Assembly (NCBI GenBank): GCA_951406725.2
Contig: OX597830.1
Coordinates: 17,050,001-17,114,000, forward strand
Direction of reading: 5' to 3'
Source of the DNA: Octopus vulgaris
Lineage: Eukaryota
Length of the DNA: 64,000 nt
A program made the translations under genes and the position numbers. This document shows positions 13,142 through 26,157 of this stretch, piece after piece. Within the stretch, counting starts at the first letter, position 1, and every line of letters begins with the position of its first letter. The notes under the pieces were generated by a model, which was given only the letters and a program-made list of their open reading frames with translations, had not been told where the DNA came from and did no database searches.

Positions 13142-13439
13142 CAGTGGTTCTCAACTGGGGTCCACACAAACCAAATAGTAAATTGAGGATCCACAGTAGT
13201 ATTTTAAGGGTCCATGAAAAGTGTTGCTTTTAATGTATTTATTGCCAGAAACAGCTAGATTTGTTTCTCTAACGTTTTATATAGTTCAACCTACACAAGC
13301 CAATGTGTGAAAAACAAAACAGGAATTTTGAAAAAACATCTATAAAACTAGTTTTTAAACATCGAATGACTATGGGGACCCACCAGAATAAAATAATAAT
13401 CAAAGGGGTCCAGAGATAAAAAATGGTTGAGAACCACTG
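13142..13439. mobile_element. hAT (Charlie-like) MITE
   Basis: TIR CAGTGGTTCTCAAC / GTTGAGAACCACTG; 8-bp TSD ATCTAGAG/ATCTGGAG. Partial copy at about 52-208. Confidence 0.9.
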
Positions 13440-13562
13440 ATCTGGAGGGACGAAATTAATTACTGCAAATCATTCAGTCTGGCACAACCTTTTACTTTTT
13501 AGTCAAGATAATATTAATTTGATTGTTTCTACAATCCTTTTTAATAAAGGGTACATGAGTAC

Positions 13563-13835
13563 TGTGGAGGCACATGGCCTAGTGGTTAGAGCAGCGAACT
13601 CACGGTCAAGGGATCGCGGGTTCGAATCTCAGACCGGGCGATGTGCGTGTTTATGAATGAAACACCTAAGCTCCACGTGACTCTGGCAGTAATGGTGAAC
13701 TTCCGCTGACTCTTTCGCCGCAACTTTCTCTCACTCTTTCCTCCTGCGACAGACCGGCATCCCGTCCAGGTAGGAAACCTATATGCCAAGGAAACCGGCC
13801 CTTGTGAGCCAGACATGGCTCAAGAAGGAACAAAC
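13563..13835 (+). mobile_element. tRNA(Arg)-like-headed SINE group C1
   Basis: TGGCCTAGTGGTTAGAGC...GGGTTCGAATCTC A/B boxes followed by a non-tRNA body; resembles octopus OR-type SINEs. Confidence 0.75.
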
Positions 13836-14100
13836 GACACATAAGTACTGCTGTATTCACTAACATTTTAAGTTCAGGTAATATTGAATTTCAATTTTTG
13901 GCACAAGGCCAGCAAGTTCAGAGGAGGAAGTAAGTCAATTACATCAACCCCAGTGCTCAACTGGTACTTATTTTATCAACCCTGAAAGGTATGAAAGACA
14001 AAGTCGATCTCAGCATAATTTGAACTCAGAATGTAAAGATGGATGAAATGACACTAAGCATTTTGCTTAGTGTGTTAATGATTCTGCCAGCTCACTGCCT

Positions 14101-14496
14101 TTACTCTTCTACTTGTTTCAGTCATGTGACTGTGGCCATGCTGGAGCACTGCCTTTAGTCAAGCAAATCGACCCCCAGGACTTATTCTTTGTAAGCCTAG
14201 TACTTATTCTATCGGTCTCTTTTGCCGAACCGCTAAGTTACAGGGGTGTAAACACACCAGCATCGGTTGTCTAGTGATGTTGGGGAGACAAACACAGACA
14301 CACAAACAAACACACATATATATACATATATACGACAGGCTTCTTTCAGTTTCTGTCAACCAAATCCACTCACAAGGCTTTAGTCGACCTGAGGCTATAG
14401 TAGAAGACACTTGCCCAAGGTGCCACGCAGTGGGACTGGAACCGGAACCATGTGGTTCGTAAGCAAGCTACTTACCACACAGCCACTCCTGCGGCT
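14101..14496 (-). mobile_element. SINE group A
   Basis: Full-length. Diverged or partial copies also at about 1-51, 4945-5381, 9885-10205 and 11281-11570. Confidence 0.9.
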
Positions 14497-15075
14497 ATTA
14501 AAGAGTAAGTAATTGACGTTGCCGCAGGTAATATTAATAGTGCTGGTTCTACTAATACTATACTGCAGCTAACATTGATATATCTATGAAGTGAAAAGGA
14601 TCAAATTGTAGAAAACTTTAGTACATATGTAACTTATTGTATATTGGAAGCAAGAAATTGACCGCATGGAAGGAGTATGTGCATACTCACTAAAGACATA
14701 TACATTCAACAACAAGACAAGCAGAAAGTACAATTAATGTAACTGAACAGACTGACAGTATAGTATTGATTAGGCTATTGTTAGGCATATATAATAGTTA
14801 TTGAAATAGTTACATTCCATAAATAATATGAATTGAGATGAAGAGGGGGACCAGTTTTATGAGATTTTCGTGGTAACTTCCTTCCAGAAAAATTACAGGT
14901 TCTTTGCACTTGTAGCAAACTGTCATTAGAGTATGAAGACACCAACAGCTAATCCTAGTTCCATTGGTGTCTGTTGTTGTTTTGGTTAGAATTCCTGTAG
15001 ACAATAGCAGCCTTACATCTATCCCTTCTCTAACATCCTTTCTTATTTGATTCTCCTCTAGGTCTGCAATAACAA

Positions 15076-15623
15076 TCATCATCATCATCATCATCATTTA
15101 ACGCCCGTTTTCCATGCTAGCATGGGTTGGACGGTTTTGACTGAGGGCTGGCGAACCAGATGGCTGCACCAGGCTCCAGTCTTGATCTGGCAGAGTTTCT
15201 ACAGCTGGATGCCCTTCCTAACGCCAATCACTCCAAGAATGTAGTGGGTGCTTTTACATGCCACCGGCACGGGGGCCAGTCAGGCGGTACTGGCAATGAC
15301 CTCGCTCAAATCTTTTTACATGTGCCACCGACACAGGTGCCAGTGAAGCGACGTTGGTAACAATCACGCTCGAATGGTGCCCTTTTACGTGCCACAGGTA
15401 TGGAAGTCAGTTGGCTGCTCTGACAACGATCACGCTCGGATGGTGTTTTTGGCACCCTACTAGCACAGGCATAAGTGCCAGTGAGGCGACGCTGGTAATG
15501 ATCATACTTGAATAGCCGCTCTGTCAACGATCACACTCGTATGGTGCTCTTTGCACCCCGCTAGCACGGATGCCAGTCATCGAAGTGATTTTGATTTTGA
15601 TTTTGATTTCACTTGCCTCAACA
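15076..15623 (-). mobile_element. RTE LINE 3' UTR copy (long)
   Basis: Runs from the (CAT)n tail to CCAGTCATCGAA..GATTTTGATTTCACTTGCCTCAACA, which overlaps the end of the LINE at 54731. Confidence 0.85.
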
Positions 15624-15848
15624 ATGCAAATATCAAACCAGATTTTAGTGTAATTGAAGCTGCAACTACAAATTCACAATTGTCACAAGTTTCTTGGGTG
15701 TTAGAAAAGGTTAACCCTTTAGCACTCAGATTATTCTGTCAAATGTAATTCTTATTTATTCACTTTGTTTTCAATTAATCGTGTACTATCTTGTAAATCT
15801 GAGATTTTCATCATGTGACTGCTTATTTTTAGGAGGATGTTGTAAGAT

Positions 15849-16214
15849 AATAATAATAATAATAATAATAATAATTAATTTGTTTATTGGCCACAAAGGC
15901 TGACAAAAATTAATTAAAACATAAAGGGACAAAACACAGGACAAAAGTTACAAAGGGTTTTGTCCGTTTGCAAAAAAACGTGTAAAAATTCCAGAGATAA
16001 CAACGGAAATATAACAATTGAAATTCCCAATAGGGGGAGGCGCTTCGAAAGGTTACTCGTGGAAAAACCCATAAAAGCCACAGGAGCCTGGTCAAAATGG
16101 AGGTAGAGAGCCCCTTTCTCCTTTTATAATACCTTTTTATACTACAGGTGTATCCTCAGAATTGGTCCATTTATACTGGCCATTCTTGCGACATTTACCC
16201 ACTTTTCAGTAAAC
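15849..16214 (-). mobile_element. Probable L1/Tx1-type LINE 3' end with (TTA)n tail
   Basis: FTEKWVNVARMA resembles the F..(R/K)W end of Tx1 ORF2, followed by a UTR, AATAAA and (TTA)n. Confidence 0.45.
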
Positions 16215-16639
16215 TAATAATAATAATAATAATAATGAAATTATTGTATACAGTGCTCAGGTGCACAACTTGTCAAAAGTGTGTATAAAGCATATGCGGT
16301 AATGTACAAATGTCTGGAAAGTAAACAGTGCACGAGTCAGATATATGCTTGCGTGTGTATGGACGGGAGAAAATCAGGTGTAGTGTTGGCGAATCTCAGG
16401 AAGCATGGAAGTTTTGAAGGATAGGTGAGAGATGCTGGATCTGGCTAGTTTCAACATAAAGAAAGTAGAATATTTAGGCCTGGATATGGCCAGTTTGAAC
16501 GCTGAAGGGTTAAACTTATTTTTATAGTTGACAGGAACAAGCGCAACACCTATAGCTGTTTTGCAAGATCTTTCAAGATGGGGAAAGAAATCACACTTTA
16601 AGAGACATGAGGTGGTGCTAAACCAAGTGATGTATTTAA

Positions 16640-16842
16640 TAATAATAATAATAATAATTGTGTACAGTGCTCAGGTGCACTACAACTCATCTAAAGTGCA
16701 TATATAATCGGGTGTAGTTTCGACGGATTTCGGAAAGCATGAGGGCCTTAAAGGATGCAGTGTCATGGCAGTCAACAACTGACGCAGACAGTTTATTCCA
16801 TGCTTCAGCAACTCTGAGCGTGAAAAAATGTTTCCGAAAGTT
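16640..16842 (-). mobile_element. CR1-clade LINE 3' fragment with (TTA)n tail (related piece at about 16216-16420)
   Basis: Translates RKHFFTLRVAEAWNKLSASVVDCHDTASFKALM, the typical CR1 ORF2 end. Confidence 0.75.
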
Positions 16843-17084
16843 TCCAATGTTTCCAATGATTTCCCTTTCACACCTTTAGCCACCCTTGTTACATTACTAT
16901 GCAAATGGCCATGGCTGTTTGAATTTTATTTTAAAGTTCTTAACTAGAGCTTCTTAAAGCTGAGATAGTGAATAAATCTATTTTTCTCTACATTTAGTAT
17001 TATTAAGTTGTTTTTATTATCTTATAAAAGGTGACATTACTTGTCAAATCAGGAGGCAGACACCAAGACAGATACAGTGATAAT

Positions 17085-17547
17085 AATCCTTTTCTATTAT
17101 AGGCACAAGGTCTGAAATTTGGGGAAGGAGGATAGTCAATTAACCCCAGTACTCAACTGATACTTAATTTATCGACTCCGAAAGGATGAAAAGTAAAGTC
17201 GACCTTGGTGGAATTTGAACTCAGAACATAGCAATGGGCGAAATACCTATTTCTTTACTACCCACAAGGGACTAAACACAGAGAGAGGATAAACAAGGAC
17301 AGACAAAATGGATTAAGTCGATTATATCGACCCCAGTGCGTAACTGGTACTTATTTAATCGACCCCCGAAAGGATGAAAGGCAAAGTCGACCTCGGCGGA
17401 ATTTGAACTCAGAATGTAGCGGCTGACAAAATACCGATAAGCATTTCGCCCGGTGTGCTAACGTTTCTGCCAGCTTGCCGCCTTAATGGGCGAAATACCG
17501 CCAAGCATTTAATCCAGTGTGCTAACAATTCTGCCAACTCGCCACCT
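17085..17547 (-). mobile_element. SINE B nested in a SINE B relative
   Basis: Inner copy 17248-17484 bounded by the 15-bp TSD AATGGGCGAAATACC. Confidence 0.85.
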
Positions 17548-18692
17548 TATAGTGATAAGCAATAATGCAATGAAAAAGATTTTGAATCACACCCTACAGT
17601 CTTAAGAGCAAGAAATACCATGAACAATACAATCTGAAGAAAATACGTGGGATAGTCACAGCTGGAATGCCTTTGATGATAAATTTGCTCATTCAGAGAT
17701 AACCTTGGGGTTAAACAACAGCAATGTGCATAGAGGTTATGGCCACACACAAGAAAGGAAGAAGTAACACAAGATGCTTGAAGCACTATAATGCAAAAAG
17801 TATTTATGTTATGCAACATGTGAGTAACACAATCTTCAGACGACAGACTGACAGTCAACTGGATGGGATTAAGAGTCAGTTAATGGGTAAGAATAGATAA
17901 TCCCTGGAGGAATGTAGACCTCAACAAAGATGAATGGCATTATATAATTATGTAATTCAAATGTAGATTACCATGAAAAATTCTCAATGTCTATCGACAA
18001 TAACAAATATGGTGGAATAATGTTTCTTCAAGTGTGAGGCATGCCATAAACCCTTTAACATGGAAGTTTTGACCCCAAAGCAATTTAAAACAGCAAAACA
18101 TGAATATATGTTATTTTTACATATATATAGACTTCTTTAGTTGTATAGTCTACTACATAGTTCCAAGATGACTATTACTGCCATTTTTAATCCAGCTAGT
18201 AATAACTGTCTCTCTATAATTAGAGTTATCTTTGATTAATTCTTAATTGAACCTGACATCAGTTCTGAATAGTTGATTAGATTTTTTCTTCTACTGCTAA
18301 TCTAATTATTTTACCAGCAGACTATAGTAATTCTTTACTCAAGTCTCATTCCCAAAACTGACTGATAATTTATTTCTATTCTAATAGCTTTCCTTTTCAC
18401 TTGTAGCAAACATCTGATACTTCCATTGTACAGCAGTGAACAGAGATCTGAAGTGGTTGGAGGAAATGAAGAAGTTGAAAATGGCACATTGGTTGAGCTT
18501 AACAGAACTGAAGTGATTAGGCATGAAAACAACTGACTGATGAATTTATATAGAGAGTGCTGATTGGTACAAATAATGCTAGGTGAAACATTGCTGAATT
18601 AATAATAATGGAAGGTACCAACAGTAAAGGTGGACAAAGAAAATTTATGCTAGGCTTCATGGTACAACAACGACAACAGGCATTTGAGGCCA

Positions 18693-19059
18693 TCTTCTCT
18701 ATATACATAAACAGCAAAATGTCTGCGTGTGTGTCATTTATACAAATCCATAATTTTTCAGTTAGAGGGCTCGCACTTTCTATGGTCATTCAAAACCGTC
18801 CAGGGGTGGTCGTGCACATTTTTACATTTCCCCAGTCACCCTGCAAAGCCATTAAAAAATCAATAGAAGTGACTTTTTTGTGAATTTTCTATCCAAAACC
18901 CAATCAAAATGCCCGAAACTTGATATGCCAATTGAATGCCAGCTAGCTGTATGTGATTGGTCGGAGATTTGGACAGTACCCGCGTGTATGTGCGCACGTA
19001 AGCAGCTGTATATGCATGCACTAGCACTATGACCCAGCAACGCCGGGTCATAGTGCTAG
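18693..19059 (+). mobile_element. Non-autonomous Helitron family B
   Basis: A|TCTTCTCTATATAC...GTGCTAG|T with a terminal hairpin. Confidence 0.8.
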
Positions 19060-19880
19060 TCCTTGTTAAAGTAGAAGTTAGCCTTGCGGGTGTCACAACA
19101 GTCTTCTCCATTTTACCCTATCCTCTACAGCATTGATTCTTGGCCGTTTTTTTGCCTATGGATCCTTTGATTCCTATTTACCCAACTGAACTCCTATACC
19201 CATTCAATGCTTTAAAAAATCCCTTTACATTTTTATGATTGAATATTATTAGGAATTGTATAAAAAAAATTGTTAAAATACTTTGTGTATAATAGAAGTA
19301 TAATCAATTTATTGCATATGAATTTTAACAACAAAGGCCCATGTGGACTTAACACTGCTCTACAACCACCTCACCCATTTCCTTGCCTTCAATTCCACCC
19401 CCAACTCTTTTAACCATGCTTTTCTCATTCTCCCTTTTCCTTTACTTCCATCTGTACTCATTTCCATCACTCATCATTTTCATCCATCTTTAGAACACAA
19501 CCCAACTATCTCATCCCACACCTCTTCACAATATCCACCACTGATCCTATTCCCATCATCCCCTGCATCTATTGCTTGCCTTCTCTCAGCAATATTATGC
19601 TTATCCACCACATATCATTCTCATTTCTGCTGTTTTTCCTCCTGCTTCTCTGCTGCTTACCATTCATTCCCTCTATTTCACACCCATGAACCATAGCAAT
19701 TCTCAAAACACAAGAACCTTTCCCTTCAGTTTCAGTGACACACACTTCATTAGCATGTCACTCCATTCCTGAAACCTCTTCCATGCATAGCTCACTCTAG
19801 CCATCATCACCAAGTCTGAACCATTGTCTCCATTCAACATGTCTACTACATAACAAAATGCTTTCACTTTCCATCTAGTT

Positions 19881-20231
19881 CAGTGATTCTCAATCAAGGT
19901 TCATATGGACCCTGGGGATCCACACAAGCAATATAGTAAATTGGGGACCCACAGTAATATGTTAAGGGTCCATGAAAAAAATTCTGCAAAAAACGGCTAG
20001 GTTTCTTTCTCTAATGTTTTACATTGTATAACATGTTTCTGGTCATTAAAACATGTTCCCTCAGAGAGTGTTATTGCAAACCTATGCAAGTGAACACGTG
20101 AAAAACAAAATAGGAATTTTGAAAGGAGTATCTACAAAACTGGTTTTTAAACATTGAATGGTTATTGGAGTCCACCAAAATAAAATAAGAATCAAAGGTG
20201 CTTGTAAACAAGAAGTGGTTGAAAACAACTG
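19881..20231. mobile_element. hAT MITE, same family as 13142
   Basis: Degenerate TIRs, TSD ATCTAGTT/ATCTAGCT, shared internal sequence. Confidence 0.8.
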
Positions 20232-20299
20232 ATCTAGCTCAACATTCCCTCTATTTACAGCTCCTTCCATACATGGCTGACACCTAAGTGTTATGGCCA

Positions 20300-20795
20300 C
20301 ATAAGTTAGTAATCCTCTGTTGCAGACAGAGCAGAAATTCTAATAGAGATACCCTTAATGACGCTATCAAAAACAGATCTATGGTGACTGGAATGGACAT
20401 TGATATATTTTCAATATTTATTAGGCTTATGATGCAAGGAATATAACAGAGAGCTTAAATCTAAGGTGTGTCAAAAAAACTGGCTATTTCATTGATATTT
20501 TCAGATGCAATAGTTAGGTTAAAATTGGCAAAGAACTTGTACAGGGCTTTTCTGGTGTTTCTCAAGAACTGGTTTAGAGAGATCAGTAGCAAGTAGGAGC
20601 ACATCGTCATGATACAGTTCACCATGGATTGCAGCAAAGTACGTGCAAAGTTGCTGGAGGAGGTAAAACCCAACAATGTCCATGACTTGAGTAGAATCTG
20701 AAGAGCCCATTGTTATATTGAAATCATTATTAAATGCTCTACAATAAAGTTTGTTATTGAAGGTAATAAGAGTCTTTCTAGCAGAACCCACCTAC
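20300..20795 (-). mobile_element. Penelope-like element reverse transcriptase remnant
   Basis: FNITMGSSDSTQVMDIVGFYLL..GELYHDDVL, then after a frameshift RKALYKFFANFNLTIASENINEIASFFD..HKPN..KYINVHSSH. These match PLE RT motifs (FDVTMGS.DGAE..., LYRDDGL, Y..SNHP). Confidence 0.8.
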
Positions 20796-22302
20796 AGCAT
20801 TCTGTACATTTAATAGAGTCCACTCTAACGGCCATCAAGCACACACCACACACAGCCACTTTGCACAAGGTTTTATAGATGAGAAACCACAGAACTAAAG
20901 CAACAGGAAAAAAAGTTTCCTGGAGGTGCTCTCACATGCCAAAATGAAAAAAAAAAATTTATGATAAATGGTAATTACAAAATTTTATCAAAATATGTTA
21001 TTGAAAAATGTTTAGGAAAGAATACAAATATTATTATTTGTACAGTTTTAAATATTGAGAAAAGAAAGAAAAAAATTCTATTATTCTGTAACTTTCAGTA
21101 TGATTCAGATGGTTCCAATATCACATACACCAGACTTATGTGTGCAATTGTGTTGTTGTATCTCAAGAAGGTCATTTTGTCAATAAAAACACATGCACTG
21201 GTTCTATTTCACTTCTTTTTTGCTTTGTCATGAGGCATCAAAGTCACATCATTGATGAGGATGTAAATGATGACAAAAGGATGCTGACAAACTAACTGAT
21301 AGATTAATCAATAAAATGATTAGCCAAGTAATCAATAGGCTGATTGTTCAATAAGCTAATGTGTTGACTAATAACAATAAAAAGAAGTGACATAGTACTG
21401 AAGCAGGTTTTCTTTATTGGCAAAATAGTCTGCCTGAGATACTGCCATTGTTTCAACACATGATTTCACACAAAGAATCTTGCAAAACTGAAGCAAATAA
21501 AAAAATAACTACACACATGCGTATAATTTGGGAAATGTAAAAGTTATCATACGATCATCATCATCATCTTTATTTAACATCCACCTTCCATGGGGTGGAT
21601 GGTTTCACAGGAGCTGGTTAGCTGAAGAGCTGCCTGTGCTCCATGTCTGTTTTGGCATGGATACTACAGCTGGAGGCCCTTGCTAACAACAATCATTTTA
21701 CAGCGTGAAATGGGTGCTTTTATGCTGCACCAGCACAGTTGCTTTTTACATGGCACCACAGAAGTTGCAAACTTCTGTCCAAACCGAGCATATGCTTTTC
21801 TAGAGCCCCTGTCATTCAAAGATGACCATGCACAAGGTTTTTTAATGAAAGTAGTTACCTAAGCATGCAAAACTCCCTTCTCCAAGCCCACACATCATTT
21901 TATTTGATGCCCTAGCAGAGCCACCTACTCCCCTCTCCAAGCCTGCACAGCATTTTATTTGATACCCTAGCAGGGCCACCTATTCAATCTCCTGAATAGG
22001 TACATTTTATCAATCCTGAAAGGATGAAAATCAAACTCGGCTTCAATGGGATTTGAACTTAGAGCACAGTGTTGAAACAAATCCCAATTCTTTAATAACT
22101 AACAACACTGCCAATATGATACCTTAAACCAAACATCAAGAAAGTAGCAAACAGAATTACTAACAGAGTAGCCTTATCTTCACTCAATGAGAAACCTATC
22201 ATCAGGGTCCAAACCCCAATCCTTAGAATAACTCAGAGAAACGAGTAAATAATAATATTATCCAATACTATTCATATATATATATATACACATGCATATA
22301 TA

Positions 22303-22361
<59 letters not shown>

Positions 22362-22363
<2 letters not shown>

Positions 22364-22846
22364 TTGAGGCAGGTGAAATCAAAATCAAATTCAATGACTG
22401 GCATCTGTGCAAGTGGAGTGCTAAGAGTACCATACGAGCAAGATCATTGCCAGAGCAACAATCTGGCCTCTGTGCCAATGGCACGTAAAAAACACCATTT
22501 GAGCATGACCGTTACCTGCATCGCCTTACTGACACTTGTGCTGGTGGCATGTGAAAAAAGATTCGAGCAAGGTCATTGCCAGTGCTGCTGGACTGGCTCT
22601 TATGCAGGTGGCACATAAAAAGCACTATTTGAGCATGGCCGTTGCCAGTACTGCCTGACTGGCCCTCATGCCAGTGGCACGTAAAAGCACCCACTACACT
22701 CTCAGAGTGTTTGGCATTAGGAAGGGCATCCAGCTGTAGAAACTCTGCCAGATCAGAGTGAAGTCTGGTGCAGCTATCAGGTTCACCAGACCCCAGTCAA
22801 ATCGTCCAACCCATGCTAGCATGGAAAGCGGACGTTAAACGATGTT
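22362..22846 (+). mobile_element. RTE LINE 3' UTR copy
   Basis: TTGAGGCAGGTGAAATCAAAATCAAATTC...CCAACCCATGCTAGCATGGAAAGCGGACGTTAAACGATG. Confidence 0.85.
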
Positions 22847-23243
22847 GACTATTCATATTCAACTTATGAATTTACAGGCCAGCTGTGTATTCAGATTGGG
22901 ATGTGTAATTAATAAGCAGTTTAATAGCTTAAACTTCCGTGTTTCAATTTTGCTAAAGGTGGTTTGCATCCCATTAAAATCAATAAAATAAGTACTACTG
23001 GTATATTGAAAGAAGAAACAGAGGGAGAGAGGGAGAAGTTGTCAAAAGCTAGACCATGGTGTGGTACACTGATTTGATGAGACACTTAAACAATTATACT
23101 AAGGTGTTGTGAGATAAGACAAAGAGATAAAAAAGATTTTGCTTCATTTTTTTTCAAGAGTATATCTAAGCAAACTAAATACTGTGCAAATGTAACAATA
23201 CAATTAATACGCATGAGAAAGAATAATTTTAAATGATTTTTAC

Positions 23244-23306
23244 GTCTAATTCAAGTTCCAAGGCGTTTATTTCTTCAGAGGCTTTGTTTAGTTGCTCAAG
23301 TTCAAT
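23244..23306 (-). CDS. SH3BP5L: SH3BP5-like coding exon 2
   Basis: Acceptor tttcttttttctag, 63 nt encoding IELEQLNKASEEINALELELD, donor GAC|GTAAAA. In frame with exon 1 and matches the SH3BP5L segment EELEHLNQASEEINQVELQLD. Confidence 0.9.
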
Positions 23307-23696
23307 CTAGAAAAAAGAAAATACAGTTTGTTACAAATGTGTGCCATATTGAAATTACAAAACAACAAACTGATAAACAATCTATGCATACTTTGAGCAT
23401 AATAATCATTTGAAGATAATAACAAGGTGAAAAGAAAGTAGACTTAAAGGTGATGCATATTTCTATATCTCTCAGTTAATTTTAAATAACAACAGAATTA
23501 TGTGAGAAAGGAATTTCCATATATATTTTATAAAAATTAATGCTTCATTAAAATTATCTTACTTTACCATTTTTTTTTTCATAACATTACATAATTAATT
23601 TAAAAAAGATGGGCTGGCTGAAATTCAAAAGACTAGTGATTGTATAGACACCAACTGCAAATTACTATTTTAGTCAGTGTGTTTTTTTTTTTAATT

Positions 23697-24043
23697 GATC
23701 AACATCAATCGAAAATGTAGCTGTGATGCCGGTGGGACGTAAGAAAACCATCTGAACGTGGCTGTTACCAGCGCTGCCCCGACTGGCCTCCTTGCCGGTG
23801 GCACATAAAAAGCACCATCCGATAGTAGCCGTTTGCCAGCCTCGTCTGGCACCTGTGCAGGTGGCACGTAAAAAGCACCCACTACACTCTCAGAGTGTTT
23901 GGCGTTAGGAAGGGCATCCAACTGTAGAAACACTGCCAGATCAGACTGGGCCTGGTGCAGCCTTCTGGCTTCCCAGACCCCAGTTGAACCATCCAACCCA
24001 TGCTAGCATGGAAAACTGACATTAAACGATGATGATGATGATG
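23697..24043 (+). mobile_element. RTE LINE 3' UTR copy
   Basis: Same family, ends AACCCATGCTAGCATGGAAAA...(GAT)n. Confidence 0.85.
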
Positions 24044-25740
24044 AGGTTAAAATTGTTACTTCTTTTAAAATAGGTCTTTATGCTGGAGGTTAAGTAGTGC
24101 AATAAAAAAGAAGTTTGGAGAATTAAGTGAAAAGAAATGTCATCTGTTTTATATCAATGGTTGGAATACTACCAAGCTCTATGACTTTCGTGAGATTTAG
24201 TTGTTGAGACTCTAAGTAAATGGAGAGAATGGCTTAGAGAAAGAGAATCTAACAGGATATTTAGTGAGTGTTTGTGTGAAGAGTGAAGCTGGAATAAAAA
24301 AGACCAACAAATGGAGAGTGAAGCGGGAATCAAAAAAAAATATTTTCTGCAAAGGATTAAAATGTGGAGGGTCAAGAACTTTTAAGATGTTGCACAAAAA
24401 GTAAGCTTACACTTGATAACACCGAGTTGTGAAAGCAATGAAAGATTTTAGAAGTTATTTAGGGGTTGTTAGATGATACAAAGACATTTACTGGCATGGC
24501 TAATTGGTCTGGAATTGACAAACACATAACCAATTGACTAACTCATTACTACTTTGGAAAGCTTGCTGAAGTGGTCAAATAATATCTAAACATGTCTAGA
24601 GTTGTCTCCCATACTTGCAGAGAGGATAAAACACTATTAATTATTGAGCTAATTGTCTTTTCTTCACCACAGAAGTATTTCTCATTTATTAAAGTAGTCC
24701 TTTCATACTCAGCTACATTAAATATCCTAACACTAACTTCATTGTTTTTCAAGCAGATTGGGGTCTCTGGGTAATTAACTTCAGTGACTTGTGTTTCCAA
24801 GTAATTAACTTCAGTGACTTGTGTTTCCAAATAATATATGATCACGGAATTGTGTCTCTCAATCAAAACTGCTCATACTGAGATTGCATCAAAAAACTGT
24901 CTCCCTTCATGATAAAAAGATTACCAACAAACATACGGCTACTATTAAACTGTGCCCTTTTACTATTATTTATTATTATTATTATTCTGTTTGACTTTTG
25001 CTTTACATTTGTACAAGTTAGCTCTAAGTCTCACCTAGAGACTTCAAGAGACAACAAGTTGGAAGTTCATTTTGGTGTTATACCTAGGGTGCCATATATT
25101 TGGTTTTGTACTTAGTGTTGTACTAGTGAATGTCTAAAAAACCATACAAAAATTATGTTTGTTTTAAAACTTGAGATTACATAGAAATTATTTTGCGTAG
25201 GATATGAGCAGTTCCCATGAACACTATCTTTTGAATTTCTGCCATTTTAGGGTTTCCTGGTATCCGAGTTAGGTAGCAATCAGCCCCTTTTGCTGATTAT
25301 TATTATTATTATTATTAAGGCTGCAAGCTGGCAGAATTATTAGCATACTGGATAAAATGCTTAGCAGTATTTCGCTTGTCCTTACGTTCTGAATTCAAAT
25401 TCTGCCAAGGTCAACTTTGCCTTTCCTCCTTTCGGGGGTCAATGAAATAAGTACCAGTAACACACTAGGATCAATGTAATCAACTAGCCCCTCTCCCTCA
25501 AAATTTAAAACTTTGTGCCTTTAGTAGAAAGGATTATTATTATTATAGTACATCAACAGCCCCTGAGCTTTTGAAATTGGAAACATTATGACACCCAGCC
25601 CCCCCCCCCATGCACCATCATATAGACACTCACTAAACACTTTTCATTCCATTAACTAAATCCAAAACAATTCAAATCACTAACCACACTAAGTTATCCT
25701 AATCTATTTTAGGGAATCCCTAAGAAGATAGCAGTACAGT

Positions 25741-26157
25741 GGAGTAGGAGTGGCTGTGTGGTAAGTAGCTTGCTTACCAATCACATGGTTTCGGGTTCAG
25801 TCTCACTGCGTGGCACTTTGGGCAAGTGTCTTCTACTATAGCCTAGGGCCAACCAAAGCTTTGTGAGTGGATTTGGTAGACAAAAACTGAAAAGAAGCCC
25901 ATCGTATATATGTATATATATAAATATATGTATGTGTGTGTGTGTATATGTTTGTGTGTCTGTGTTTGTCCCCCCAAACATCGCTTGACAACCGATGCTG
26001 ATGTGTTTACGTCCCCGTAACTTAGCGGTTCAGCAAAAGAGACCGATGGAATAAGTACTAGGCTTACAAAGAATAAGTCCTGGGGTCGATTTACTCGACT
26101 AAAAGGGCAGTGCTCCAGCATGGCCACAGTCACATGACTGAAACAAGTAAAAGAGTA
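25741..26157 (+). mobile_element. SINE group A
   Basis: Full-length. Confidence 0.9.

Noticed and set aside
13565-13640. tRNA-like sequence (also 41365-41440 and the SINE A heads)
   Set aside because: Continues into SINE bodies, one with a TSD; acceptor stems imperfect.
14810-15097. 95-aa minus-strand ORF as candidate SH3BP5L exon 3
   Set aside because: No similarity to the expected EAR...RPYYEAR segment; the ORF starts in a (GAT)n tail.
16528-16611. Possible plus-strand 84-nt exon (LTGTSATPIAVLQDLSRWGKKSHFKRHE)
   Set aside because: Weak donor, antisense within the host intron, no recognisable homology.
24549-24866. 105-aa ORF with duplicated YLETQVTEVN
   Set aside because: Reflects a 30-bp tandem duplication; no recognisable domain or splice context.
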